Source of the DNA: Promethearchaeota archaeon
GTDB taxonomy: Archaea; Asgardarchaeota; Lokiarchaeia; Sigyniarchaeales; SOKP01
NCBI GenBank assembly: GCA_008080735.1
Contig: SHMW01000003.1
Location: 60,571 to 124,570, forward strand
Reading direction: 5' to 3'
DNA length: 64,000 bases
Shown: in pieces, positions 10,575 through 21,343 of the stretch
Layout: each line of letters starts with the position of its first letter
How positions within the stretch are numbered: position 1 is the first letter of the stretch
Translations under genes and position numbers: made by a program
Notes under the pieces: generated by a model
The model's input: only the letters and a program-made list of their open reading frames with translations
What the model was told of the DNA's origin: nothing
Databases searched by the model: none

Positions 10575-11840
10575 ATGAGCATGAACGATAAACCAGAGAG
10601 TTTAGATCCATTTAAAATTTCTCAAAAACAACTCGCACAGGCTCTGGACATTATTGGCTATGATAACTCAATTTATGGTACATTAAGTGAACCAGAGCGC
10701 TTTATAGAGATAAAAATTACTTCCAAAATGGATGATGGCTCAATTAAAACCTTTAGAGGGTTTAGAAGTCAATATAATTCTGCTAGAGGCCCAATGAAAG
10801 GAGGAATCCGATGGCATCCTGATGAGAGTGCCTCATTAGTTAAAGCTTTATCTGCATGGATGACATGGAAAACAGCATGTGTTGATATTCCTCTGGGTGG
10901 TGCGAAGGGAGGTATAATATGTGATCCCAAAAAATTATCTCAAAATGAAATAGAGAAATTAGCAAGAACATATATAAGAAAACTTGCTGAAAACTTGGGT
11001 CCAAGTACTGATATCCCCGCTCCTGATGTTTATACGAACCCTCAAATCATGGCTTACATGCTTGACGAATATGAGACAATCTATCGAAAGCATAGTCCAT
11101 CAATGATTACTGGGAAACCTCTTCCTTTAGGTGGTTCTGCAGGACGTTCTATTGCTACTGCTAAAGGAGGTACCTTTTGCATACGGGAAGCAGCTAAAGA
11201 TATGGGAATTGATCTAAACGGGGCAAAAGTGGTGATACAAGGGTATGGTAATGCTGGTCACCATGTTGCTCGGTTGCTTCAGAATGAATTTAATTCCAGA
11301 ATTATAGCAATTTCAGATACTGGAGGTGCTATACATAATTCTAATGGAATCGATGCTATGAAAGCATATGAGCACAAAAAGCAAACTGGGTCTGTTGTTG
11401 AATTGGATCATACTGAAGGGATTTCTAACAAAGGATTGCTACGATTAGATTGTGATATTCTGATTCCTGCTGCAATTGAGAATGTAATTACTCGAGAAAA
11501 TTCAAATGATATAAAGGCTAAAATCGTAGCGGAACTTGCGAACGGACCAACCACACCAAAAGCAGATCAAATCTTGTTTGATAACAATGTATTTGTAATT
11601 CCCGACTTTTTATGTAATGCTGGAGGTGTAACAGTTTCCTATTTCGAGATGGTACAAGGCTATTATCGCTATTTTTGGACGGAAAAGGAAGTATTTAATG
11701 CCTTAGATAAAATTATGACACGAGCATATAGAAGCACCGTTCAGACTGCGCAAGAATACGATACCAATAATAGAATGGGCGCATATATTATTAGCATCAG
11801 ACGAGTAGTTGAGGCAATGGAACTAAGAGGATGGATATAA
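10575..11840 (+). CDS. gdhA: Glutamate dehydrogenase
   Basis: GPMKGGIRW, MTWKTA, GGAKGG, PAPDV, QGYGNAG, ELANGP, NAGGVTVSYFE (glutamate-specificity Lys and Ser present). Confidence 0.95.
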   Translation: MSMNDKPESLDPFKISQKQLAQALDIIGYDNSIYGTLSEPERFIEIKITSKMDDGSIKTFRGFRSQYNSARGPMKGGIRWHPDESASLVKALSAWMTWKTACVDIPLGGAKGGIICDPKKLSQNEIEKLARTYIRKLAENLGPSTDIPAPDVYTNPQIMAYMLDEYETIYRKHSPSMITGKPLPLGGSAGRSIATAKGGTFCIREAAKDMGIDLNGAKVVIQGYGNAGHHVARLLQNEFNSRIIAISDTGGAIHNSNGIDAMKAYEHKKQTGSVVELDHTEGISNKGLLRLDCDILIPAAIENVITRENSNDIKAKIVAELANGPTTPKADQILFDNNVFVIPDFLCNAGGVTVSYFEMVQGYYRYFWTEKEVFNALDKIMTRAYRSTVQTAQEYDTNNRMGAYIISIRRVVEAMELRGWI

Positions 11841-11990
11841 TTCCTCAAATTTTCTTTTTTCTAATCCTTTTTGAGCTTCTTTTTATGATTTTTGAACATA
11901 TAGGAAAAGCTTAATATTTAAGACAACCAAATAATTTTTATATTAATCAAAAATATTATATCTACCTTAAAAAAAGGGTGAAATGAAAAT

Positions 11991-12758
11991 ATGGATGAAA
12001 TATTTTTTATTTCGGTAGTTTTTACTGTGGTTTTTATTTTCATTGTAATAATATGCTTAATCGGAAAAAGCGTTAAAACAGTGACTGAATACAAGCGTCT
12101 AATTGTGTTTCGGTTTGGGAAATACAGAAGAACAGTTGGTCCTGGGATCGTGTTTATTTTGCCGCTTATTGAAGTCTCTGAAGAAGTTGATCTTCGTATA
12201 AAAACCTTAGATATTGCTCGTCAGGAAATTATTACCAAAGATAATATCCCCATAACCATAGATACATCGGTTTTTTATAAAGTAATTAATCCGGAATATG
12301 CAAAAACAAAGATAGAGAATTTTATGCGAGCTGTCTTGAATTATACCCAAGGTGCTCTTAGGGATGTTATTGGGAACATGGAGTTGGATGAAGTCTTGAC
12401 TCAGAGAGAAAGAATATCAAGTGAAATAAGAAAAGTGGTAGATGAGGAAACAAGAGAATGGGGGGTTCAAATTACCCAAATCAAAATCCAGCAAATCGAA
12501 CTTCCAGAAAATATGAAACGCGCGATGGCAGTACAAGCTGAAAAAGAAAGAGAAAAAAGAGCCTCTATCATCGCATCGGAAGGTGAATTAGAAGCATCCA
12601 AAAATATCGCAGAAGCAGGAAGGATTTTATCAGAGACTCCCTCTGCCATTCAACTTCGAACGCTCCAAACGATCCAAGACATTTCTCAGGAACCTTCTCA
12701 AAAAATCGTTATCTTTCTCCCAACAGATCTCGGAAACCTTTTGGACAAACTTAAGTAA
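11991..12758 (+). CDS. SPFH/Band 7 (stomatin-like) membrane protein
   Basis: N-terminal TM; GPG, VDLR, ITKDN, LRDVIG, AMAxQAE.ER, QLRxLQT. Confidence 0.93.
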   Translation: MDEIFFISVVFTVVFIFIVIICLIGKSVKTVTEYKRLIVFRFGKYRRTVGPGIVFILPLIEVSEEVDLRIKTLDIARQEIITKDNIPITIDTSVFYKVINPEYAKTKIENFMRAVLNYTQGALRDVIGNMELDEVLTQRERISSEIRKVVDEETREWGVQITQIKIQQIELPENMKRAMAVQAEKEREKRASIIASEGELEASKNIAEAGRILSETPSAIQLRTLQTIQDISQEPSQKIVIFLPTDLGNLLDKLK

Positions 12759-12884
12759 GAGAACATTATCATTCAAATTCTTTTTTATTTTTTTATCTTA
12801 TAGCAAAAAATTAATAATCTCACATTCTATGTGAATTATTAATAGTCGATTTCTATCTCATAAACTCCTACAATGTGAAATCTA

Positions 12885-13889
12885 ATGGAAAGTGTAGTTA
12901 ATAAAACGGTTAAAAACCTTAAATTTGCATTCTTACATGAATCGCAAATTCGATGTTTGTATGAAATTTTCGCGCAGAGAGCTTCCAAAGAGGGTTACAA
13001 CCTTATTTCCAATTTTTTCGAGGATATGGCATCCAACAAACAACAAAATACATATTGGAATTATATGATGCTACAAAAGATTGCTATCAAGAGTGATATT
13101 GAAGAATCATCCGTCAAATTCGAAGATATCCCCTCAATCGGGAATACCTCACAAAATCTAATGACCGCGATGAAAATTGAAGATTATGAATGGAGAGTAA
13201 TGTATAAAGATTATGCCGAAGAGGCTCTTCGAGAAAGATATGAGGAAATTGCCTCCAGATTTCAAACTATCTCAGAGAGGGAACGCAAATTTTTTGAACG
13301 ATTTAAGATTTTTTCGGAATTATTTGATGAGAATAAGTTGATTAGAAATGAGAGTGTAGTGGTCTGGGAATGTCAAGGATGTGGGTTTCAAATCCATAAA
13401 GAAAGCCTACCCGATGATTGGATTTGTCCTTCTTGTGGTCATATGAAACCCTATTTCCAGAAAAAGTTTCTCAATATTGACCAAGGTTCAACAGATATAT
13501 GGATTTGCATGGAATGCGGGGAGGAGGTCTATATGAAAAGTCTACCAGAAGACTTCAAATGTCCAAATTGCGGTAAATCGAGTGAATATTTTCGGAGGAA
13601 AAAAGCAGAAAACATATCCGATGATATCTTTAGTGTTTCTGAAACGATTTGGGAATGTATGGAATGTGGAAATGAGGTGAGGATGAGCGAAATCCCAGAG
13701 AATTGGAGATGTATCTCATGCGGCAAATCGAAATCTTATTTTAAGAGAAAATCGGGAAAAGCAGATACAACAAAGTATGCTTTTAAACAACGAGAAAAAG
13801 CCATTTGGTATTGTCCCATATGTGGAAGAGAAGTTGAAATTGAGCTCCCTGAAGATTGGAATTGCCCTTATTGCGGCTCGAAGGGTTAA
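12885..13889 (+). CDS. Rubrerythrin-like protein with four C-terminal rubredoxin-like modules
   Basis: ESQ...Y..FA..A.KEGY and GNTSQNL...EDYEW..MY ferritin-like domain, followed by four W-x-CxxCG...W/F-x-CxxCG units. Confidence 0.8.
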   Translation: MESVVNKTVKNLKFAFLHESQIRCLYEIFAQRASKEGYNLISNFFEDMASNKQQNTYWNYMMLQKIAIKSDIEESSVKFEDIPSIGNTSQNLMTAMKIEDYEWRVMYKDYAEEALRERYEEIASRFQTISERERKFFERFKIFSELFDENKLIRNESVVVWECQGCGFQIHKESLPDDWICPSCGHMKPYFQKKFLNIDQGSTDIWICMECGEEVYMKSLPEDFKCPNCGKSSEYFRRKKAENISDDIFSVSETIWECMECGNEVRMSEIPENWRCISCGKSKSYFKRKSGKADTTKYAFKQREKAIWYCPICGREVEIELPEDWNCPYCGSKG

Positions 13890-13956
13890 TGTGCGGTTTT
13901 TGAATTATGATTTATTATGTAATTAATTTTTAATTTTTGTATTAATTGAAAAAAGT

Positions 13957-15153
13957 ATGCCTTTTGAAAAAGAAATCGAAACCGCTAAGAACCATTTCGA
14001 AAAAATACTTCAAGAGCAATTAGAACGAGTTGAACATTTAAAACAAGAGGGAGATTGGATCGATTATTCGGAATTGGCACCTATCATTATAGGGATCATC
14101 GGGGGAGATGGAATCGGTCCAGAAATCTCACGACACGCAAGATCCGTGCTTGAATTTCTTTTAGCAGATGAAATTCGGGAACATAAAGTGGAATTAAGAG
14201 ACATTGAAGGACTAACCATCGAAAATCGTGCAAAATTAATGCAACCCGTTCCAGATGACGTTTTAGAAGAGATTAAGAGATGTCATGTGTTATTAAAAGG
14301 ACCAACTACAACCCCACGCAAGGGAGATAAATGGCCGAATATTGAAAGTGCAAATGTCGCACTACGCCGAAAATTGGACCTCTTTGCCAATATACGCCCT
14401 GTGAAAGTTCCAGAAAAAAATATTGATTGGACATTTTTTAGAGAAAATACGGAAGGTGCCTATGTCTTAGGTTCAAAAGGACTCAACATAACGGAAGATT
14501 TAGCCATAGATTTCAAAGCAATAACTACTCAAGGAGCAGAACGTATTATTCGTCTGGCTTTCGATTACGCCAAAAAAAATAATATTAACAGAGTAACCGT
14601 TGTTACAAAAGCAAATGTGGTAAAAGCGTCTGATGGAAAGTTTTTAGCCATCGCGGAAAAGGTTGCAAGCGAGTATCCCGAGGTTAAGTGGGATGATTGG
14701 TATATTGATATCATGACAGCAAAACTGATCGATCCTTCCCGTCAGAGCCAGTTTAAAGTATTTGTTGCCCCAAACCTTTACGGCGATATTATTACAGATG
14801 AAGCCGCTCAAATGCAAGGGGGAGTAGGAACGGCAGGCAGCGTGAATCTTGGGAAACGATATGCTATGTTCGAGGCTATCCACGGGTCTGCTCTGCGTAT
14901 GGTCGAAGAAGGGCGGACTAAATATGCCGACCCGTCTAGTCTCTTAAGGGCGGTCGTAATGATGTTAGATCATATCGGATTTAATTCGAAAGCAATTCAC
15001 CTTGATATGGCTCTTGATATTTGTGGGATATATGAAAAAAAAATATTTCCTACAGGGCGCTCGAATGGTGCAACTGGAGAAGAATTCGCGCAATATATTA
15101 TGGAAACATTACAAGATCCTAATCTGGAGCAACAATGGCAATCTTTTCAGTAA
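13957..15153 (+). CDS. Isocitrate/isopropylmalate dehydrogenase family protein
   Basis: GDGIGPEI, KGPTTTP, SANVALR, RENTEG, NLYGDIITD, FEAIHGSA. Confidence 0.9.
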   Translation: MPFEKEIETAKNHFEKILQEQLERVEHLKQEGDWIDYSELAPIIIGIIGGDGIGPEISRHARSVLEFLLADEIREHKVELRDIEGLTIENRAKLMQPVPDDVLEEIKRCHVLLKGPTTTPRKGDKWPNIESANVALRRKLDLFANIRPVKVPEKNIDWTFFRENTEGAYVLGSKGLNITEDLAIDFKAITTQGAERIIRLAFDYAKKNNINRVTVVTKANVVKASDGKFLAIAEKVASEYPEVKWDDWYIDIMTAKLIDPSRQSQFKVFVAPNLYGDIITDEAAQMQGGVGTAGSVNLGKRYAMFEAIHGSALRMVEEGRTKYADPSSLLRAVVMMLDHIGFNSKAIHLDMALDICGIYEKKIFPTGRSNGATGEEFAQYIMETLQDPNLEQQWQSFQ

Positions 15154-15398
15154 TATCTCTTTCATTTTTGTACATTCTCACGCTTCAATCGCAAATAGTA
15201 ACATTTTAGTCTTATCTACTTCAAATGAATCAACTTCTTTATATTAATTTTGGACATTTTTAGCCACCTTTGAAGGATTCTTTTTCGCAGACTAATTAAA
15301 TTTGCTATTCTGTCTACGTCTCTTCTTAACTCGTTAGATTTATTAAACGTTATTTATTAATGTTCTTAATCAAGAATAGCTTCTTATTCCAATAAGTT

Positions 15399-16706
15399 AT
15401 GAATATACCAATTTTGATTTTTGCATTTATTGTTTTCGCAATCATCATTATTAGCTATTCATTCGAGAAACTTGATTTTGTGGCCATTTCCTTGCTTTTT
15501 AGTTTCATCGCAGCGACCGTTACAGGGGTGGTCTTGGGAATAGGAATAAATACGTTTGTAGGCCATATTGAGTTTGAAGCGATTATAATCATCCTTAGTA
15601 TGAGTGTGATCACTAAAATTGCCGAGGATTCCGCAATTCTAGAATATCTCGCCGTGAAATTGTTTAAAATCTCGAGGGGAAACCAGCGCGTATTTTTCTA
15701 TTTCATCTGCATTATCACCACGCTCCTGGCGGCAATCATTACCGATGTCGTCGTTGTCTTAATAATCGCACCAGTCGTGATTCGACTCTGCCATTTTTTA
15801 AAAATTAGGTCTGGTACATATCTGATGGGTATGACGATCTCGATAAACATTGGCTCTATTATTACTCCCTTCAGCTCGGGAGAGAACATCATCATCTCCA
15901 CTGCATTTGGACTCGACACCCTCTATTTCCTACAGAACTATTGGATTTTCGCGTTTCTATTGTTGTTCCTTACGGTCTATTTACTGGATAAATTTTATCT
16001 CAGCAAGGAGCCGAAAATCGAGGAGCAACAAAAACGATTTGTGATTGAACTTATAGATAGCGATGTAATGATTAAAAATAAAACGATGTTTTTTGTAAAT
16101 GCGGTCGGTATTATTATCACGATTGCTTTATTTGCTATTTTGCCCGCTCTATATCTTACCGCGTTGATTGCAGCAATGATACTGGCTCTTATAAACAAAA
16201 AGTTTACCAAAAAATCTATGAGTGAGCTTTTACGGGATGTGGAATGGGAGATTATCTTCTTTTTCATATCGCTTTATCTCGTCGTGGGCTGTCTCTTAGA
16301 GGCAGGATTTCGAGAGATCTTCGTCGCAATTCCCTTTAATGTATTGCACCCAATTTTATTGAGCTTTATTCTTCTAATTGTTGTTAGTGTGATGAGCGGG
16401 GCTGTTGCGAATACTCCTACTGCGTTGATCTTTATTCCGATTGTCCAAACTCTCACCGATACTTTTGGATTTGCCCCACTTCCCCTATACTTCGCCTTCA
16501 TCATTGGGATCAACCTGGGAGGTAACTTTCTTGTCCAAGGAGCCGCCTGTGATATGATGACGCTCAAGATCGCACAAGACTCCGGAGTCGCAAATCTTGA
16601 CTATAAACGGTTGGCAAAGAATGGTGCGTTATTCGCATTAATCCATATCGGAGCATCAACAATATATTTATTGGGAATTTCCCTTATTACAATGCTTATA
16701 GGATGA
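15399..16706 (+). CDS. ArsB/NhaD (SLC13/P-protein-like) permease, paralog 1
   Basis: About 12 TM; NIGSIITPFSSGEN and GINLGGNF...GAA motifs. Confidence 0.85.
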   Translation: MNIPILIFAFIVFAIIIISYSFEKLDFVAISLLFSFIAATVTGVVLGIGINTFVGHIEFEAIIIILSMSVITKIAEDSAILEYLAVKLFKISRGNQRVFFYFICIITTLLAAIITDVVVVLIIAPVVIRLCHFLKIRSGTYLMGMTISINIGSIITPFSSGENIIISTAFGLDTLYFLQNYWIFAFLLLFLTVYLLDKFYLSKEPKIEEQQKRFVIELIDSDVMIKNKTMFFVNAVGIIITIALFAILPALYLTALIAAMILALINKKFTKKSMSELLRDVEWEIIFFFISLYLVVGCLLEAGFREIFVAIPFNVLHPILLSFILLIVVSVMSGAVANTPTALIFIPIVQTLTDTFGFAPLPLYFAFIIGINLGGNFLVQGAACDMMTLKIAQDSGVANLDYKRLAKNGALFALIHIGASTIYLLGISLITMLIG

Positions 16707-16952
16707 GTTTCTTTTTCAATGTATGGTATACTCAAAATTTATTCTATCCTAATAGATAGTTTCTTTGATTAGTACAATCCAAATCCTATTTTTAGATAAT
16801 ATTTTAGAAAATAACTTACAAAATTGTTATCTTTTAAAAGTAAAATGCGATATTGGCTATATGATATTACCCTACCCATTAAAAGGATCATTTAATATAA
16901 TAGCTATTGAGAAATCTAAATTCAAATTTAAATAAAATGGAGGCGAAATAAT

Positions 16953-17762
16953 GTGCCAAGAAAATTGGTAAATGGGGCAGAACTTTATTACGAAATTCAT
17001 GGGGATGGAGAGCCTATTGTAATGATCATGGGTTTAAGTGCAAACATTGATTGGTGGACACCGGAATTTTTAGAAGAATTAGAAAGGAGATATAAGACTA
17101 TCCTCTTCGACAATCGGGACGCCGGACGTTCTGATAATGTGGAAAAGAAATATCAAATTGAAGACCTAGCGAAGGATACAATAAAGCTTATGGATCAATT
17201 GGATATCGATAGAGCCCATATTTTAGGAATAAGTATGGGTGGAATGGTCGCACAAGAAATTGCTTTGAATTACCCAGAACGAGTAAAAAAATTGGTCCTT
17301 GCGTCTACAAATTTGGGTAATCCAAAATCGATTCTTCCCTCTGGAAAAGTCCTAAATATGCTCATGAAAGATAGAGAGGGTCGTTCGAATGAAGAAATAA
17401 TTGATGAGTTTATCTCACTTCTTTTTGCGAATGACTTTATCGACGAAAATCCAGAGTTTATCAAAAAAACCAAAAAGAGGATGATGAAGGCACCCATCAA
17501 ACCCGATGCTTATCAGAGACAATTAAATGCCATTTTGAAGTTTAAAACGGGGCGGAGGCTTAAAGGATTAAACATACCAACATTGGTTATTCATGGAAAG
17601 AAAGATATTTTATTACCCCCCGAAAACGGTGAAATTATCGCAGATCTGATTCCAAATGCGAATTTAAAACTTTTTGAGGGAGCAGGGCATAGCTTGTTTT
17701 CCCATATTCCTAAAAAGACCTCGAAGACTATAATTGAGTACTTAGAAAATCATAACAACTAA
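16953..17762 (+). CDS. Alpha/beta-fold hydrolase
   Basis: FDNRDAGRS, GISMGG nucleophile elbow, HGKKD, GAGH. Confidence 0.92.
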   Translation: MPRKLVNGAELYYEIHGDGEPIVMIMGLSANIDWWTPEFLEELERRYKTILFDNRDAGRSDNVEKKYQIEDLAKDTIKLMDQLDIDRAHILGISMGGMVAQEIALNYPERVKKLVLASTNLGNPKSILPSGKVLNMLMKDREGRSNEEIIDEFISLLFANDFIDENPEFIKKTKKRMMKAPIKPDAYQRQLNAILKFKTGRRLKGLNIPTLVIHGKKDILLPPENGEIIADLIPNANLKLFEGAGHSLFSHIPKKTSKTIIEYLENHNN

Positions 17763-17790
17763 TTGGAAGGAACGATTAAAAAAAAAAAAT

Positions 17791-19836
17791 TTAGAATTGG
17801 GTAATGACTGCGCAATGGTCAGATGCTTCAGAACAATACACCTCACTTTCAAGTGGGGTTAGATCTGTTGAACACATGATGTAGTCTATCCTTTTTTGTG
17901 GTTCAAATTCATCATCAAAATGACCTGTATAGCCCGGATCTGTGTTTAATTTTCTATATGTATCCGTAAAGTTCAGACTTGAAATTGTGCTATTTATTAA
18001 AGAATATTCAAAATCAGTGGGTTCAAAATTAAAATCACCCATCCAGACGATCTTCTCAAAGGTTGATTCATTCATTTCATTAACGATAGCTTTAACTTGC
18101 TCAATTCGGTCGTCTTTCTTCGTGGATAAATGTGTTACATAAACTGTCCAAAGTGATGAATTGATTTCTAGATTGGCTTTTATCATCGATCTGGGTTCCG
18201 CTGATGACACATTTAAAGGCAGCTTTATGATTTCCGCATTCAATATTGGATATTTGCTTAAAAGCACATTTCCATAGTGTTTATAGAACGTATACCCATA
18301 GAAGTAATACATATTCAATTTATGGGCGAAGTAAGAACCAATATCGATAAATGAAGTTTTGAGTGCACCAAGATCCACTTCATTTAATCCGAGTACATCG
18401 GGATCTTGTCTTTTAATCTGCTCGATCAATCGGTCTAATTCAAATTTGTCATCTACACCGATTGCATTATGTATGTTCCACGTCATAAAAGTAGGATTTT
18501 CACTTGCCGGAGGTACTGGTCTTCTCTGTAATGCAATAACACCCAGTGCAGTACTACTTATTATGAAAACTCCTATGAAAAGATAACCAGTAGATTTTCT
18601 GTTAAATTTTAAATTAAAATCTCTTCTTTCTGATATTTTGCTGAAGTTCTTTACCTCACAAGTTATCATCAGTACCCCTGCTGTTCCGATTAATATTATT
18701 ATATTGATAAGCAATGAGATGTATTCATACCATAACACTTGCACTTGGATAATTATAAAGATAAGAATTGTCATAAAAAAAATGATAAGTCCAAACAGTA
18801 GTCTGAGGCGATAATTGAAAGAATAAGCGTTAAAAAGATACAATATATAATATACGAGAAAGAAAAGATTGACAATTGTAGTGAAGGTAAAAAATATAGT
18901 CGCAAGAGAACTTCTGGGAACGCCAATGAACAGTATAGAAAGACCATTTACGAAGAGAAATAAAATCCCAAGAATTATCGAAAATATGCGTATCATATTT
19001 TTATTTAATTGTAAAAGCACCCTAGTAGTGATATAAAAGGCAGCAACGGCAGTTATAAGAATTATTAATATATAATAGGTGAATCCATAACTTATCCAAG
19101 GAAACAGCAACTCGGTATTTTGATAGTTGAGATTAATAAGTCCATAAGCGGATAATGCCATCGGATTAAAAAACCACATAATACCCGTTAAAAATAAGAC
19201 ACCGAGGATAATGAAATGCACATAGGAGATTTTCTTTTTACCATTTTGATTCCTGGAGTTTTCAGATAATGATGGTAAATTTCTGGGAAAATATTCATAT
19301 TTATTTATTGTATTAATGCAAATTAAAATGATAATCAGGGGAATAAGTTTGGTAAAATTTGTCGTTATATTAGATGAAATATCAATTATCAGAAATATAA
19401 ACTGAATTCCTAACCCCAGAATTAATCCCGCAATCAATTCATTAACATTTAAATAATTCTCCCGAGTTTGAGTCAGTATAATCATCTCGTTGAAAAAGAT
19501 CATTCCCGAAAAGAGGAGCAAGAAGTTTAGCATTAATAGTATTGATGTCCAGGAAATAAATTGCGCGATCAATCTAACAACAGTAATAATTATGATTATT
19601 AGCGAAATCCTGTATTTGTGGACCACGATCTTCTTTGTATTAAAGCTTACTACCAATATAACAATCAAGATTATGCTTATTATTAATATTGGCAAAAGAG
19701 ATATGATTTCTGAAAGGTTCATAAAGACATAGGCATTAATTTCGACGATGAGGTTGTAAAATGCTTCAATGAAGAAATATAGTATAATTCCAACAAGGAA
19801 AATATTTGCGATTTTTGAAAGTTCTTGATCTTTCAT
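17791..19836 (-). CDS. Multi-pass membrane protein with C-terminal EEP (endonuclease/exonuclease/phosphatase) domain
   Basis: Many TM helices, then MTWNIH, LNEVD, GNVLLSKYP, THL, GDFN, RIDYI, SDH. Confidence 0.85.
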   Translation of the reverse strand: MKDQELSKIANIFLVGIILYFFIEAFYNLIVEINAYVFMNLSEIISLLPILIISIILIVILVVSFNTKKIVVHKYRISLIIIIITVVRLIAQFISWTSILLMLNFLLLFSGMIFFNEMIILTQTRENYLNVNELIAGLILGLGIQFIFLIIDISSNITTNFTKLIPLIIILICINTINKYEYFPRNLPSLSENSRNQNGKKKISYVHFIILGVLFLTGIMWFFNPMALSAYGLINLNYQNTELLFPWISYGFTYYILIILITAVAAFYITTRVLLQLNKNMIRIFSIILGILFLFVNGLSILFIGVPRSSLATIFFTFTTIVNLFFLVYYILYLFNAYSFNYRLRLLFGLIIFFMTILIFIIIQVQVLWYEYISLLINIIILIGTAGVLMITCEVKNFSKISERRDFNLKFNRKSTGYLFIGVFIISSTALGVIALQRRPVPPASENPTFMTWNIHNAIGVDDKFELDRLIEQIKRQDPDVLGLNEVDLGALKTSFIDIGSYFAHKLNMYYFYGYTFYKHYGNVLLSKYPILNAEIIKLPLNVSSAEPRSMIKANLEINSSLWTVYVTHLSTKKDDRIEQVKAIVNEMNESTFEKIVWMGDFNFEPTDFEYSLINSTISSLNFTDTYRKLNTDPGYTGHFDDEFEPQKRIDYIMCSTDLTPLESEVYCSEASDHCAVITQF

Positions 19837-19944
19837 TATTTTTTTATTATAGATTTGGTTGATATAATATTTGATTTAGTTCCTCATTATTTAATTATTA
19901 TGCATATGAAATGAATAAACCATAATTAAGACTAAATTATAAGC

Positions 19945-21270
19945 TTAAGAAAAGAATATCGCAAGAATTAGAGAATATACAGTTGAAAGAATAATGTGAA
20001 TGATTGCGAAGGTTGCGCCAACTTTTAGTAATCTTTTGTAGTTAAAGTTTTCCACGCCCGCATCCTGGGCAATCTTGAGCGTCATAACATCGCAGGCAGC
20101 TCCCTGAGGTATTAAATTCCCACCAATATTAATCCCAATAATAAAAGCGAAGTATATTGGTATACTGGCGAACCCATAGACATTAGTAAGGGTTTCAATT
20201 ATGGGGATGAACACTAAAGCTGTAGGTGTATTCGCGACAAACCCAGAAATTAAACTCACGGCGATCAAAATGATTAAAGAGATGAGGATCGGAGGGACGA
20301 CTTGAAATGGAATATTAATAAATATCTCTTTAAACCCCGCTTCTAGTAAACAACCAATTACGATATAAAGGGATAAGAAAAAGAAAATTATTTCCCATTC
20401 CACATCCTTTAACAACACAGCAGCTTTCTTTTTGGTAAAGCGTTTATTTATAATGACCAAGAGGAAAGCCGATAAAACGGCGGTGAGATAGAGAAGAGGT
20501 AAAATCGCGAATAAGGCGATGGTGACGATAATTGCCACACTATTAAAATAGAACATTTTCTTATTAGATACCATAGTATCCGCGTCAATTAACTCTAAAA
20601 CGAATCGTTTTTGTTGTTCCTCTATTTTCGGCTCTTTACTGAGATAAAATTTGTCAATTAGAAATATCGTAATGAAGAGGAGACTAAAGGAGAAGATCCA
20701 GTAATTTTGGATGAAATATAAGGTATCCAACCCAAACGCGGTGGAGATGATGATGTTCTCTCCCGAGCTGAAGGGAGTAATGATGGATCCGATATTAATG
20801 CACACTGTCATTCCAAGTAAGTAAGTACCCGCTCGAATCTTTAAGAATCGGCATAACCGAATCACCACGGGCCCCAAAATTAATACCACAACGACATCGG
20901 TGATAATTGCCGCAAGAAGTGTCGTAATAACGCATAAAAAATAAAAAAAGACCCTCTGATTTCCTTTGGAAAGTTTAAACAGTTTTACTGCAAGGAATTC
21001 CAAGATATTTGAATCTTGAGCAATTTTGGTGATGATACTCATACTCAATATGACCAAAATAGCTTCAAATTCGATTACTTGTAAGAAATCATTAATCGTT
21101 AATCCTTGGAGAATTCCCGTTACGGTGGCAGCGGTGAAGCTTAGAACGATGGAGATTGCCACAAAATCAAGTTTCTCAAAAGTATAACTGATAATGATTA
21201 ACGCAAAAACGATAAACACAAAAACCAAGAGAGGGATATTTAGCGGTGCCATTTCATTGGAATGATTCAC
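19945..21270 (-). CDS. ArsB/NhaD (SLC13/P-protein-like) permease, paralog 2
   Basis: Closely similar along its length to 15399-16706, in the opposite orientation. Confidence 0.85.
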   Translation of the reverse strand: MNHSNEMAPLNIPLLVFVFIVFALIIISYTFEKLDFVAISIVLSFTAATVTGILQGLTINDFLQVIEFEAILVILSMSIITKIAQDSNILEFLAVKLFKLSKGNQRVFFYFLCVITTLLAAIITDVVVVLILGPVVIRLCRFLKIRAGTYLLGMTVCINIGSIITPFSSGENIIISTAFGLDTLYFIQNYWIFSFSLLFITIFLIDKFYLSKEPKIEEQQKRFVLELIDADTMVSNKKMFYFNSVAIIVTIALFAILPLLYLTAVLSAFLLVIINKRFTKKKAAVLLKDVEWEIIFFFLSLYIVIGCLLEAGFKEIFINIPFQVVPPILISLIILIAVSLISGFVANTPTALVFIPIIETLTNVYGFASIPIYFAFIIGINIGGNLIPQGAACDVMTLKIAQDAGVENFNYKRLLKVGATFAIIHIILSTVYSLILAIFFS

Positions 21271-21343
21271 GAGTGACTAAGAAATTAAAGAGTGATCCTC
21301 TAATAAATCTACCTAATATAAAAAATTAAAGCTTTCCAGCGCT

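Noticed and set aside
15150-15340. Coding-like minus-strand fragments between the dehydrogenase and the permease
   Set aside because: Short, interrupted and unassignable to any family.
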